A stretch of DNA of 64,000 nt, taken from the NCBI GenBank assembly GCA_951406725.2, contig OX597818.1:113894001-113958000 (forward strand), read 5' to 3'. A program made the translations under genes and the position numbers. The DNA comes from Octopus vulgaris. Its lineage: Eukaryota. The notes below the pieces were generated by a model. The model was not told the origin of the DNA, did not search any database, and saw only the letters and a list, made by a program, of their open reading frames with translations. This document shows, in pieces, positions 28,701 to 40,442 of the stretch. Each line of letters starts with the position of its first letter. Position 1 is the stretch's first letter.

Positions 28701-29310
28701 GCTCATAAAAACTTCATCTCATACTCCAACCTGTAACATCCCAAGACCAAACTCACATCATCCAATGAGACACTACAGGAGTATAACAGTCAATGATTTC
28801 AATGAAGATTTACACAACACATGCGCTTTCATTTGTTAACTCAGGGATCAAGGAAACTACTTTCCCCCTTCCTACTGACTTATTGTTCATAATTGCCTAC
28901 ACTGTCTCCACGAGAAACTGTATGTCCTGCTCCAGCCTGCAGTAGTGATCAGCAGGAAAACTTATCTATCCTAATGCTGTTACCAAAGATAAGCTTCCTT
29001 AATGAACTTTAAAACATTGGTCACCGATAATCCAGAAAGATCACCTCAATGGCTCATGCACGATTTCAAGATAAACAATCCCTGCTTATTCATAGAGAAA
29101 TTATTTCCCTTCTGCGTGTCACCATCGTGGTCTATCAGCACTCAGCTAAAACTAACGCTCAACAGATATTCATGACACGCAAATTGAATTATGTCTTAAC
29201 ACCAGCAGAGTAGTTACCTGACCACATGAAACAACTTCCTCGCATCACCATTAGTAGCTGACATCACTAGTGTTGCCGAATTCCAAAATCTTACAATTCC
29301 TACATGAATT

Positions 29311-29425
<115 letters not shown>

Positions 29426-29968
29426 TGCGTGTTTATATGAGTGTATATGTTTGTGTGTGTTTGCGTGTTTATGCGAGAGTATGTGTTTGGCTAGCTTCGA
29501 AAGTAGCCAAATGGATTGATCCGGAAGAAGGTGCACAGAAAATTGTGCCAGGTTGCATGCAACTACCAGTAATCTGTGCAGTGGAAACACGTGTAGATCA
29601 TAAATAGCATAACAATATGGTAGGTAAAATTGTAAAATGAGAGGAAATAAATTTTGAGGATCTACAAACTTTCATGTGCTATATCGTTATAATTATTGGC
29701 ATATATATAACCGGTGTTGTTCAAACGATGAATAGCCTTCGCGTAAACTACTGGTTCGTTTTGTTCTCTTACTTTATTCTCATCTTATAATCATCTCATA
29801 ATAATGACCTTTATGACTCGTATTACTACCTCAGTCAATCTAAATGTATATATTTGTCACTACCTGTCATAAATAGCCTTTTTCTATTTGCAATATGCAT
29901 TTTCGTTGATTTTTCATATTTTACCCTTACATTTCCACGTGTATTTTATATTTTCTTTTCGTAACATA

Positions 29969-30043
<75 letters not shown>

Positions 30044-30136
30044 CATACATACATACATACATACATACATACATACATACATACATACATACATACATGC
30101 ATGCATATATACATACATACATACATGCATACATAC

Positions 30137-30184
<48 letters not shown>

Positions 30185-30189
30185 GTATA

Positions 30190-30239
<50 letters not shown>

Positions 30240-30433
30240 TATATATATACGCACGCACGCGAAGCGACATATACATATATATGCGCACATGCCTAAGTTG
30301 AAAAATACAGATTTTAATACAACTGACTTCCATATAAAACACATATGCATATTTATGCAAATGATATGCATATGAAGATAAGCACATACACGTGCACGCA
30401 CACACGCACACACACACGCAAACACACACACAC

Positions 30434-30488
<55 letters not shown>

Positions 30489-30945
30489 TGAATGACCAAT
30501 TTTAAATACTACTGGATTTTACTCACAAGGTACTGAAATCTTATATGTAAACCATTCTGCCTAAATAATGATTCTACAAATGAAATATCCCTGCATATCT
30601 CACATCTATTTTCATTCCTCCACTTCACTCTCTATTTCGTATCTTATCTAAATTAACTATTGCTTAACCATTTTCTCACACCATATCCGAGGAATTAATA
30701 AAATAAATATCCTGGAAACAGCTGTAAGACCTTCTATATATAAATATTCTAAAATCTTCACAGCTTTGGTTTTTTATCACATTTTGAAAATAAAATTTTA
30801 TATATACACACGCTGATATATGACCTACATTGGACTCCTTATTCGCATAATCACCAAACCTGGAGCTTAACTATGGTCTATCCATAGCGCTTACTCAGCA
30901 TTACCTGACACCTTTGGGTCTTACTGACACCATTACTGCTCATAA

Positions 30946-30977
<32 letters not shown>

Positions 30978-30980
<3 letters not shown>

Positions 30981-31345
30981 TGGCTGCCCCCTCGTTATCG
31001 AGTATGGCCAGTGCACGAAGTTTAATCAATGTTGTTATCGTGCAATGCTGTGCAAGAAGATTTTTTTTAAGTGAGGAAAGGCTGTGCACTGAGTCAATCC
31101 CACTCATTAAGCAACAGCAGCCATAATCCGAAAAGAAGAACAAGTCAATATCATCGGTAACCACTGACCCGCAGGTTTTATGTCGGAGTTATCCCAGTTA
31201 CCTGAGTTACTGTCTCCTAGAAGGATGCCCTAACAAAGGCTAGGAGTCCTTCACTCCCAATGGTTTAACCGCGCGATCGGGTATTCAGTCCGATTATTTC
31301 TATGTCCCCGCGCATGATACAGCCTTAAGACATCTATTGGATGTA
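30978..31345 (-). mobile_element. short non-autonomous retroelement with RTE-like 3' end
   Basis: Terminus GGCTGCCCCCTCGTTATCGAG resembles the RTE end GGCCGTCCACTCGTGACCGAG at 11376; structured segment near the other end; flanked by (TA)n. Confidence 0.5.
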
Positions 31346-31397
31346 TCATGTATATTATATGTATATATATACATACATACATACATACATACATACA

Positions 31398-31445
<48 letters not shown>

Positions 31446-31659
31446 ATAATAAATATTAGGGAATAAATCCAAACTTACAGGGAAAAATCAGATTTAGTAT
31501 TGAATCCAATTTTATAGTAAAATATTATATTATATTAAATTAGAGATAAAACCACTATTAGGCAAATCATACAATGAAAAACTTAAGCCAATACATAAGA
31601 TTATTTAATTTATATTATTTAAATATATATCAAAATTATTAAAAAAATATAATTAATAT

Positions 31660-31727
31660 AACACTACGATCGTTTCATGGCTGTTAATTTCTTTAAATTT
31701 TCGAGTTACAGTCATTCATCAGGTGTT
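31660..31727 (-). ncRNA. type I hammerhead ribozyme fold, canonical core, long stem II
   Basis: Minus strand: AACAC ctgatga ATGACTGT..ACAGCCAT gaaa cgatcg ta GTGTT. Confidence 0.8.
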
Positions 31728-32730
31728 TTAAATATTTAACTTGGCGAGGTTTAATCATTGGGCAAATATCTTCTGCTATAGCCTCGGGCCGACGAAAGCC
31801 TTGTGAGTGGATTTAGTAGATGGAAACTGAAAGAAACCCGTTGTGTACATATTAATATATGTATGTATTTGTATATATGTGTTTCTGCATATTTGTATAT
31901 ATGTTAGTCTGTGTTTGTCCCCTCACCATCGCTTAACAACCGAGGTTGGTGTGTCTACACCCCCGTAAGTTAGCGGTGCAGTAGAAGGCCAGATTTTTCT
32001 AATTTGAAACTTCGTATACTGGTAGAATGTGTCAAAAGAAAACATTAATTTCAACTAGTTTTTTTGAGAAAAATGTATTTTATAAGTTTAAATGTAGTTT
32101 AAATCTGCGAATTTTAACCAATCGTATTGTCTGTTTTGATCTGAAATTATTAGCTTGCATAGTGTTACTGTGACGTAGACAGCTATTTTGTGAAAATTTT
32201 AAACAGAATGGGTAAGAAGTAAGCAAACAGCTGTGGTAGATGTGGTTATCATGGCAGTGGTGGTGGTGGTGTAGTGGTGACAGTGGATGTGTATGATGGC
32301 AGCAATTATAGTGTTGGTGTTTTTGTAGAGGTGGTGGAGGTGGTGGCGGCAGTGGATGATGATGATAATGATTATGATAGTAGTAGTGGCATTGATTATG
32401 TTAGGATGTCTCAGTGGTGGTTGTGAAGATGATTCTGATATTGATAGTCTTTGTATTGAGGTGGTGGCAGAGTCAGAGTAAATAGTAAGAGCCAAGTTAA
32501 CACAAGATTCTTAAATTTCGGAGATCATAAGATAGAGAGCAAGAAGTTAAAAGTTCCAATACTGGCCCAATTCCTACACCCCAGATTCTTCAACTATTTT
32601 ATAAGAAAGGGGTTAATGGCAGGATAGGGATTCAGCTTAAAAATAAATTGTATAACAAAAAATACATAAATAAATTACTGCTCCAACGATGTAATTTTAG
32701 TATGTGTGCGTGTATGTATGTATATATGTA

Positions 32731-32766
<36 letters not shown>

Positions 32767-32767
<1 letters not shown>

Positions 32768-33324
32768 AATAGGCAATACACCTTGAAACCTAGGTCCGTA
32801 TGTGGCATCCGCTTCTTGGGGAATGATCTCCCTTTGCAAGATAGAGGACGCCGTGATGGCGTCGGCCTATCTGGTGACGTTGATGTTCGCCTGGGGCTAA
32901 ATGCAACAGTGACACCACCACCACCCTGCCCTGTCCCTAGCCATATTCAGTTGGCTAATGTCCCTTATGTTATGGAGCAGTCACTGTCTATATCTCATTT
33001 AGAGAATTATTATTGCTGTCGAACAGATTTTCGAAATCAGTAAATGTATTTACTTGAAAATCTTTATATATATCTTGCACGGTGAGTTGTTCGTCGAGAA
33101 GCGGTGCCTACCATACGTTGATAATAGGCAATAGACCTTGAAACCTAGGTCCGTATGTGGCATCCGCTTCTTGGGGAATGATCTCCCTTTGCAAGATAGA
33201 GGACGCCGTGATGGCGTCGGCCTATCTGGTGACGTTGATGTTCGCCTGGGGCTAAATGCAACAGTGACACCCCCACCACCCTGCCCTGTCCCTAGCCATA
33301 TTCAGTTGGCTAATGTCCCTTATG

Positions 33325-33327
<3 letters not shown>
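32767..33327 (+). mobile_element. retrozyme-like element, 355-bp tandem monomer (~1.6 units)
   Basis: 32767-32972 repeated at 33122-33327; a complete HHR spans the unit junction. Confidence 0.8.
33097..33171 (+). ncRNA. type I hammerhead ribozyme fold, U3-A8 core (UUGAUAA)
   Basis: AGAAGCGG TGCC tac CATACG ttgataa t AGG caataga CCT t gaaa cctagg tc CGTATG t GGCA t CCGCTTCT. Confidence 0.82.
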
Positions 33328-33373
<46 letters not shown>

Positions 33374-35204
33374 TATGTTTGTATACATGTGTGTGTAGCT
33401 ATTTAGGATCTACACAAATTTTATATATACTCCACGAAGTTTGAAAGTGTTTAGTTAGAAAAAATTATTTTTTAAATCTGTAGGTCAAAAGGTAAAGATC
33501 CAGTATTTTAAATTTTTGTTGCATTTCTAATCTTTCTGATGTCTAAGGATGGATATTTATGCGTATGAATCTTTTTCTTTTTACTTTGTTTCAAATATAA
33601 TTCTAGGGAACTGAAAAAGCTGTGTACGATGCCAAGCGAATTTAGCTGTTTACGATAAGCGGATGTTTACGTTTTAGCTATTTACATGTTTACGTTAAGT
33701 ACGTCACAAAATAGCTGTTTACGTCACAGTAACAATATTTTGAGAGGCAGTAAATGATATGAGGTCGAAACAAAGAATACCATTGGTTAAAATTCGAATT
33801 ATTAAACAACGTTAAACTTAGAAATTACAATTCCGTTTTCATTTTGGTTTACAATTATGTTTTCTTTTGACACATTCTACCAGTATACGAAGTTTCAAAT
33901 TGTTTAGTTAACTAGAAAAATCTGGCCTTCTTTTAGAAAAGATCCTATTTATATATGTATGTATTTGTATATATGTGTGTCTGTATATTTGTATATATGT
34001 AAGTCTGTGTTTGTCCCCTCACCATCGCTTAACAACCGAGGTTGGTGTGTCTACACCCCCGTAAGTTAGCGGTGCAGCAAAAGAGACTGATAGTATAAGT
34101 ACTGAACTGACAAAGAATAAGTCCTGGGATCGATTTCTTCGATTAAAGGCAGTGCTCCAGTATGTCCGCTGTCAAATGACTCAAACAAGTAAAAAAAATA
34201 AAAGAACGTGTGTGTGTGTGCATGTGTGTGTGTGTGTGTGTGTGAATACATGCATGATATATACTTTCATACATACAGTATACATCGAAGATACATATAC
34301 CACACATACATGCAAGCATACATACAAACACATACAAACAACAGAGAAACAAACACGCGTTCATACATAAACACACACACACACATTGATACATGCATAC
34401 ATTCATGCATGGGTACACACGCACGCACGCACACTCACACACACACACATGCATGCATACATACACACACACACACACATACATACATACAAACATACAT
34501 ACATACATACACACACACATACATACATACATACATACATACATACATACATACATACATACATACATACATACAAACATACATACATACATACATACAT
34601 ACATACATACATACATACATACATACATACAATCTGGTCCTTCAACAGCCCCAAAATGTAATTGCTGCATAAAACATGCTAACATATCAACATCACTACA
34701 ACTTCCTTATTCATCAGCAACCTATTAAAATCTCTAATAATTTGACAAGATTTTTCCCATACCGTCCACGGTCGAATCCGTGTCCCAAAGGTTATGCTTA
34801 ATTCCAGTGCAAGAAAATATTTCAGCTGGTACTGGCTATTTTTCTCCAATACACAAAGGCGCTATACGATACAGCACTCCACTCATCTTGCCTGAATTAC
34901 CTTAGCTTTTCTCAATATCCTAACGGTATCTCACCTGTGGATTTTGAATTATTTGTCCACTCTTTTCTCCTTTGACAGTAATTGAACTTAAAAAGAGAAA
35001 TAAACATGAAAAATACTGAATCAGTGGACAAAAATAAATGAAAAGAAAAAAAAAAGAAAAACAGAGAATGAATGAAAGGAAAAAGTAAAGGGTGGAGGGG
35101 AAAAAAACAAAGAAAAATGGGGAAAGACCGACTAACAGACAGGAAGACAGCAAGATAAAAAACATGGACAGACATACAGACAGGCAAGCAGGCAGGACAA
35201 ACCA

Positions 35205-35279
<75 letters not shown>

Positions 35280-35700
35280 CTTGGGGAGGAGGTAAGAAAG
35301 AGAGAGAAAAAGAAAACTTAAATGCAGTGAAGAGAAAGATAAATCGACGTGCAACATCCGTGAAAAGAAATAAATCACTGGCCTAAGGGACATAACTTTA
35401 TCATCCTTGAATCATGTCTGGCAACACAAAAGGGTCTTTAGTGTCTGGAACACGCATATAAAAATGTTCTCTCAGACTAGGAATAAAAATTGCGTACACA
35501 ATCCCACACACACACATATATATAAACTCATACATACATTCATATATATATATATTATAATAAAATAGTAAAATCAGTAATAATTTTACCAGGTAGTCAA
35601 TGCGGAAATAAAAACTTCGTAGGTAAATTTTTTCAAAATATTTTATAATTATATACGTAATTACAACAATGGATCGGTTTTACGCCTCACTACGCACTAT

Positions 35701-35864
35701 ATCCAAATTCAGAGCGTGGAGCATATAACATCCAGGCTACATGTTTCCTAGCTCCTAGAGCCTCTGATGTGATAGTCACTCAACGAATTATTACATCAGA
35801 GGACTTGCTAGCTAGGAAACATATATAGCCTAGATTTTACCTGCTCCACTCCCTCAATTTAGAT
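35701..35864. repeat. imperfect long inverted repeat
   Basis: ATGTTTCCTAGCT/AGCTAGGAAACAT, CCTCTGATGTGATAG/TTATTACATCAGAGG, GTGGAGCA/TGCTCCAC. Confidence 0.8.
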
Positions 35865-36046
35865 TTTAATTCGCATTCATAGCAACTCAAGTTACATACC
35901 GACTTGTAAAAACATTTTTTTCAGTTTATTGAACTTCGATATGGAGAAAGCTTACAACCTTCGATGCCAATAAACGTTGTTCTGTATACCTACTACGGAC
36001 TTCTCGAAGCTTACAAACTTCCTGGGGGTATAAATATATATATATA

Positions 36047-36240
36047 TTCTTTTATTTGTTTCAGTCATTTGACTGCGGCCATGCTGAAGCACCGCTTTTA
36101 CTCGAAGAAATCGACCACAGGACTTATTATTTGTAAGCCTAGTGCGTATTCTAACAGTCCCTTTTGCCGAAACGCTAAGTTGCGGGGACGTAAACACACT
36201 AATATCGGTTGTCAAGCGATGGGGGAGGGGCAAATTTTGA
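36047..36240 (-). mobile_element. SINE family A, 3' part
   Basis: TTGTTTCAGTCATTTGACTGCGGCCATGCTG..GGTTGTCAAGCGATGG. Confidence 0.8.
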
Positions 36241-36247
36241 CACACAC

Positions 36248-36287
<40 letters not shown>

Positions 36288-37187
36288 ATTGGGTCATCCC
36301 AGAGATAATGCGCTTTTTTCAATTGCATGAACCAAACGTCGGACAGGGACGTGATAAACTACCTGCATGAGCTTCCTATAAAAGCAGGTAGTAATTTAAC
36401 TTTGTGTTTATTCTTAGTGCAAGTTTTGAAGAGTGCAGTTCGATTTTAACACTTATTTTTTCAAAGCTATAATGGAAGTGACAAAGGAGCATATTCGGCA
36501 TATTTTGTTTTATGAGTTCAATAAAGGCAACAACGCAACAGAAAGTGCGAGGAATATTAATGCAGTATATGGAAATCGAACAATAAGCGTAAGCCAGTGT
36601 CAGAGGTGATTCCAGAAATTCTGAGTCGGAAACTACAGCCTAGAAGACGAGCGTCGTCCTGGGAGATCTGTAGAGCTCGACGAGGACGTCCTGCAAACCC
36701 TGGAGGAACAAAATTCCATCGTAACTAGCAGAGAGGCTTGGATTTGGTCACTCAATCATTCATCGACACTTGCGTGTCATCGGAAAATTCGGCAAATTGG
36801 GTCAATGGGTTCCTCACAAACTTCCCGAGTCTAATCACGCGCAGAGAGTGAATGAGTGCTCTTCTTTGCTTTCACGTCTCAGGAATGAACTTTTTTGAAC
36901 CGAATAGTGACTGGAGACAAGAATGGGTTATCTATAAAAATTACAAGCGCCGAAGACAGTGGGCAGAGAAAGGAGAAACGCCGGCACCCCAGGCTAAAGG
37001 CCTTCTCCCACGCAAGATGTTGTTGTCTGTTTAGTGGAATATGAAAGGTTTAGCCCACTTTGGACTTTTAAACTCAAATCAAACGATAACAAAGGAGATC
37101 TAATGCGAGCAGCTTGAGCGGTTGAAGTCAATGCTAGAAGAAAAACGACTCTCTTTGGTTTCAAAACGAAAGGTGTTCTTCCATCAG
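36288..37187 (+). mobile_element. mariner transposon, 3'-truncated pseudogene
   Basis: ATG 36472 MEVTKEHIRHILFYEFNKGNNATESARNINAVYG; WVPHKL; IVTGD; stops and frameshifts. Confidence 0.88.
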
Positions 37188-37595
37188 GCCAGGACAGAGC
37201 ACGGAAATGGTATGAACATGAACCAGGAGTCACCGAGAAAAATAAATATAAGATAGGGTGTGTGTGTGTGGGGGGGGTTATAATCCAATGTGACTACCCA
37301 ATAGATGTTCGGAGACCAGAGACTGTTGTGGTAGATAAAGGAAAAAAAGGAAACCAAGATTATAGATATTGCAATACCTGGGGATGCACGTATGCACGTA
37401 GAAGACGAAATTGCAGGTATGTGGACTATGAGGAAAGTGTCTGTCATCCCAATAGTTGTAAAGGCACTCGGAGCACTAACAACCAAGTTCGAGAAATATG
37501 TCAGAGAAATCGGAATTGACATGAGCAGAGAAAGCCAAAAGAAAAACTGCTCTGCTGAGGACAGCTAGGATTTTGAGATTGGTACTTGGGTGTTG
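37188..37595 (+). mobile_element. RLE-type (R2 superfamily; R4/NeSL-like) non-LTR retrotransposon 3' fragment
   Basis: WYEHEP, IQCDYPIDVRRPETVVVDK, IIDIAIPGD, PIVVxALG resemble the restriction-like endonuclease domain. Confidence 0.75.
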
Positions 37596-37614
37596 TATGT
37601 TTTCCACGTGCAAA

Positions 37615-37940
37615 ACTCAGTGGTTAGTGTCGGGCTCACAATCCTGAGGTAGTGAGTTCGATTCCCAGACCGGGCTGCGTTTTGTGTTCTTGAACAAGAC
37701 ACTTTACTTCACATTACTTCAGTTCGCTCAGCAGTAGAAATGAGTTGTGATGTCACTGGTGCCAAGCTGTATCAGCCTATGCCTTTGCCTTGGATAAAAT
37801 CGGTTGCGTGGAGAGGGGAGGCTGGTATGCAAGGGTGACTGCTGGTCTTCCATAAATACCCTTGCCTAGTCTTGCGCCTTGGAGGGGAACTTGCTAGGTG
37901 CAATCTCATGGTCATTCATGACCGAAGGGCGTCTTTATCA
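37615..37940 (+). mobile_element. SINE family C (tRNA head)
   Basis: A-box-like CTCAGTGGTTAG, B-box GAGTTCGATTCC, core GTGTTCTTGAACAAGACACTT. Confidence 0.75.
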
Positions 37941-38029
37941 AAGCTTATAATGTGCGGAAACATTGTGAAACCTCTGACAACAGGACCGAGTACTCTGAGA
38001 AGTAAAACAACAACAACAACAATAAATTT

Positions 38030-38223
38030 TTCAACAAGGGTAGCCATTTTGGGAGAGGGGATGTGTCGATTACATCGACCCTAGTGGTCAACTGGTGCTT
38101 AATTTATCGACCCCGAAAGGATGAAAAACAAAGTCGACCTCGGCGGAATTTGAACTTAGAACGTAACGGCAGGCGAAATACTGCTAAGCATTTCGCCCGG
38201 CGCGCTAACGATTCTGCCAGCTC
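38030..38223 (-). mobile_element. SINE family B
   Basis: GTCGACCTCGGCGGAATTTGAACT..CTAAGCATTTCGCCCGGCGCGCTAACGATTCTGCCAGCTC. Confidence 0.85.
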
Positions 38224-38964
38224 AATAATAGTAATGAATTTTAAGATTGTGATTTGTTTTTTAATTCAGTTTTCTACATACAAGGGACATTACTCCCACC
38301 GATTTTCGTTTCCCTTTATGTAAGGGTTATTTCATTATTTTCCTTTGTAGTTACTATTGTCTAAAGGGAGTTTACTCTCACTATCTTTAGTGACATTTTT
38401 TTTTTTACACTAGGCACAAGGCCCGAAATTTTGGGAGAGGGGGTACTTACTTAACTTATCGACCCTGAGAGGATGAAAGGCAAAGTCGACCTCGGCGGAT
38501 CTTTTTGAAGGCGGTTTGATGTAGAGTCTTTTTACTTTCTTCCTCTACTATTTCTGTCGCTATAACTGCTTCACCTATTAAACTTCATACTGATCACTTT
38601 TTCAGTATATTCCTCCTCTAGAACTATATAACCCTCCGCTTAAGTGTTTTTCTTATAAACGCCAATTTACAGACATTTAAGTTAAACGTTGACCACACAA
38701 CGATCAATCCCACCTGTCTGTCTGAGTGTCCAATTGATTCTATTTTCCTGTATGTAATCTTTTCTTTCAGTTCTTTTTTGCTTTCTCCTTGTTTTTTCTT
38801 CCCACCATTTGGCTGAACATCTTACAAAAAAAAAGGCTTCTTAAGAAGGAAATAAGCACTAATCGAAGAATATCAGCAAATTTTAATTTTAAAATAGTCC
38901 CATGACATAAAATACAAATTCTAATACACAATTCAACAAGATATAATATATTTTATTTTTTGCC

Positions 38965-39135
38965 TTTTTCTTGTTTCAGTCATTAGACTGTGGCAATGCT
39001 GGAGCACTGCTTTAATATTTTTTGTTAGGTGTGATACTTATTCTATCGGATCCATTTCGACGAACAGGTAGGTTACGGGAATGTAAACAAATACCGGTTG
39101 TCAGGCGATGGTGGAAGAGCAAACCACAAACACAG
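38965..39135 (-). mobile_element. SINE family A, 3' part
   Basis: TTGTTTCAGTCATTAGACTGTGGC..CCGGTTGTCAGGCGATGG. Confidence 0.7.
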
Positions 39136-39180
39136 ACACATACATACATACACTCACACATACATGTGTGTGTGTCTGTT

Positions 39181-39272
<92 letters not shown>

Positions 39273-39483
39273 CAATTATAATAAAGGATAAAATCTTTTA
39301 AAATTTTATCTATTGCCAGCATATAAAAATAGACCTATTAAGGTGATGATTTAAAGTGGTTGGATGATTTAGCATCTCTTTTCAGCATATATGCTACATT
39401 ATTTCTATGCTCTTAGCAACGGTTCGTCGCTGGAAAAAGCATATAATATTTTGCGAATGGGGTGAGTTTTCATCACTAGCTGG

Positions 39484-39542
39484 TGATTAACACATGCTGA
39501 GGACGGGTAACTGCCCAGAAACTCGAGTCCATATTTATCATG
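39484..39542 (+). ncRNA. hammerhead ribozyme fold (partly decayed)
   Basis: ATG ctgagga c GGGT aact GCCC a gaaa ctcgag tc CAT; C-A mismatch at the base of stem II, short stem I. Confidence 0.65.
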
Positions 39543-39934
39543 TAAGGCTAGGAACAGAACTGACGACCTCTCCTCACAAATACTAATCGGGCACAGAATG
39601 TGTGTTGTTAGCCAGCTGGAAGAGATGTCTTTCTATGGCTACAAACGGCACGCCGGTAGCACTGTCCCGTATAGGACGCCATACTTGGTTGGCAATTATA
39701 TGTTACGATTCTGTATTGCTACTGTTTACGTCTTGCTCAGAGATTTAATATAGTATATAGTAAATATTAAGTTAGGGGTTGTAGGTCCAACCCACTAAGT
39801 GATAATAACTATCCAATATACTGTTGGTATAATACCCAATTATTAATACACAAGTGTTTTTTATTGCATTGCAATTAACTTCTCTAGTGTATTAAATGGG
39901 TGAAGGTAAAGATATATTTTTACCATTAATTTAT

Positions 39935-40175
39935 ATTGCAATTAAGAAAATGGAGGAGCACAATAGTTCGTTCATCAACTTTAGGACATTAAAAATGTTA
40001 ACTTATTTATTTATTAAACTGATAATTATAATAACATAAGGATATATGCATAGAATAATATGCTATATGTATGTATGTTATTATAATTATCAGTTAAATA
40101 AATAAATAAGTTAACATTTTTAATGTCCTAAAGTTGATGAACCAACTATTGTGCTCCTCCATTTTCTTATCTGCA

Positions 40176-40177
<2 letters not shown>
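39935..40177. repeat. palindrome with ~104-bp arms
   Basis: 39935-40038 is a near-perfect reverse complement of 40074-40177. Confidence 0.9.
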
Positions 40178-40248
<71 letters not shown>

Positions 40249-40442
40249 CATACTTTATAATTAGGGTTCAGCAAAGATTTGCTTTACCACATACCGAAGT
40301 TTAGAAATAGCAGCCAAAAAGCCCTATTTCTTCTACTTTAAAAAGGGGATTCGCAGAAAAAACCAAAATACTTGAAAACAATCCACGCAGGCAGAGAGGA
40401 AAAATAACGAGAATCAATCTATATCTGATCACCCATGTACGC

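Larger units (their letters stand above)
31983..33931. mobile_element. non-autonomous TIR DNA element (~1.95 kb) with nested insertions
   Basis: AGAAGGCCAGATTTTTCTA..GAAACTTCGTATACTGGTAGAATGTGTCAAAAGAAAACA and its reverse complement at ~33858-33931; related to the 53361-55068 palindrome family. Confidence 0.8.
31758..34200 (+). mobile_element. SINE family A interrupted by a TIR element
   Basis: Body at 31758-31981 resumes at 33951-34200. Confidence 0.75.
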
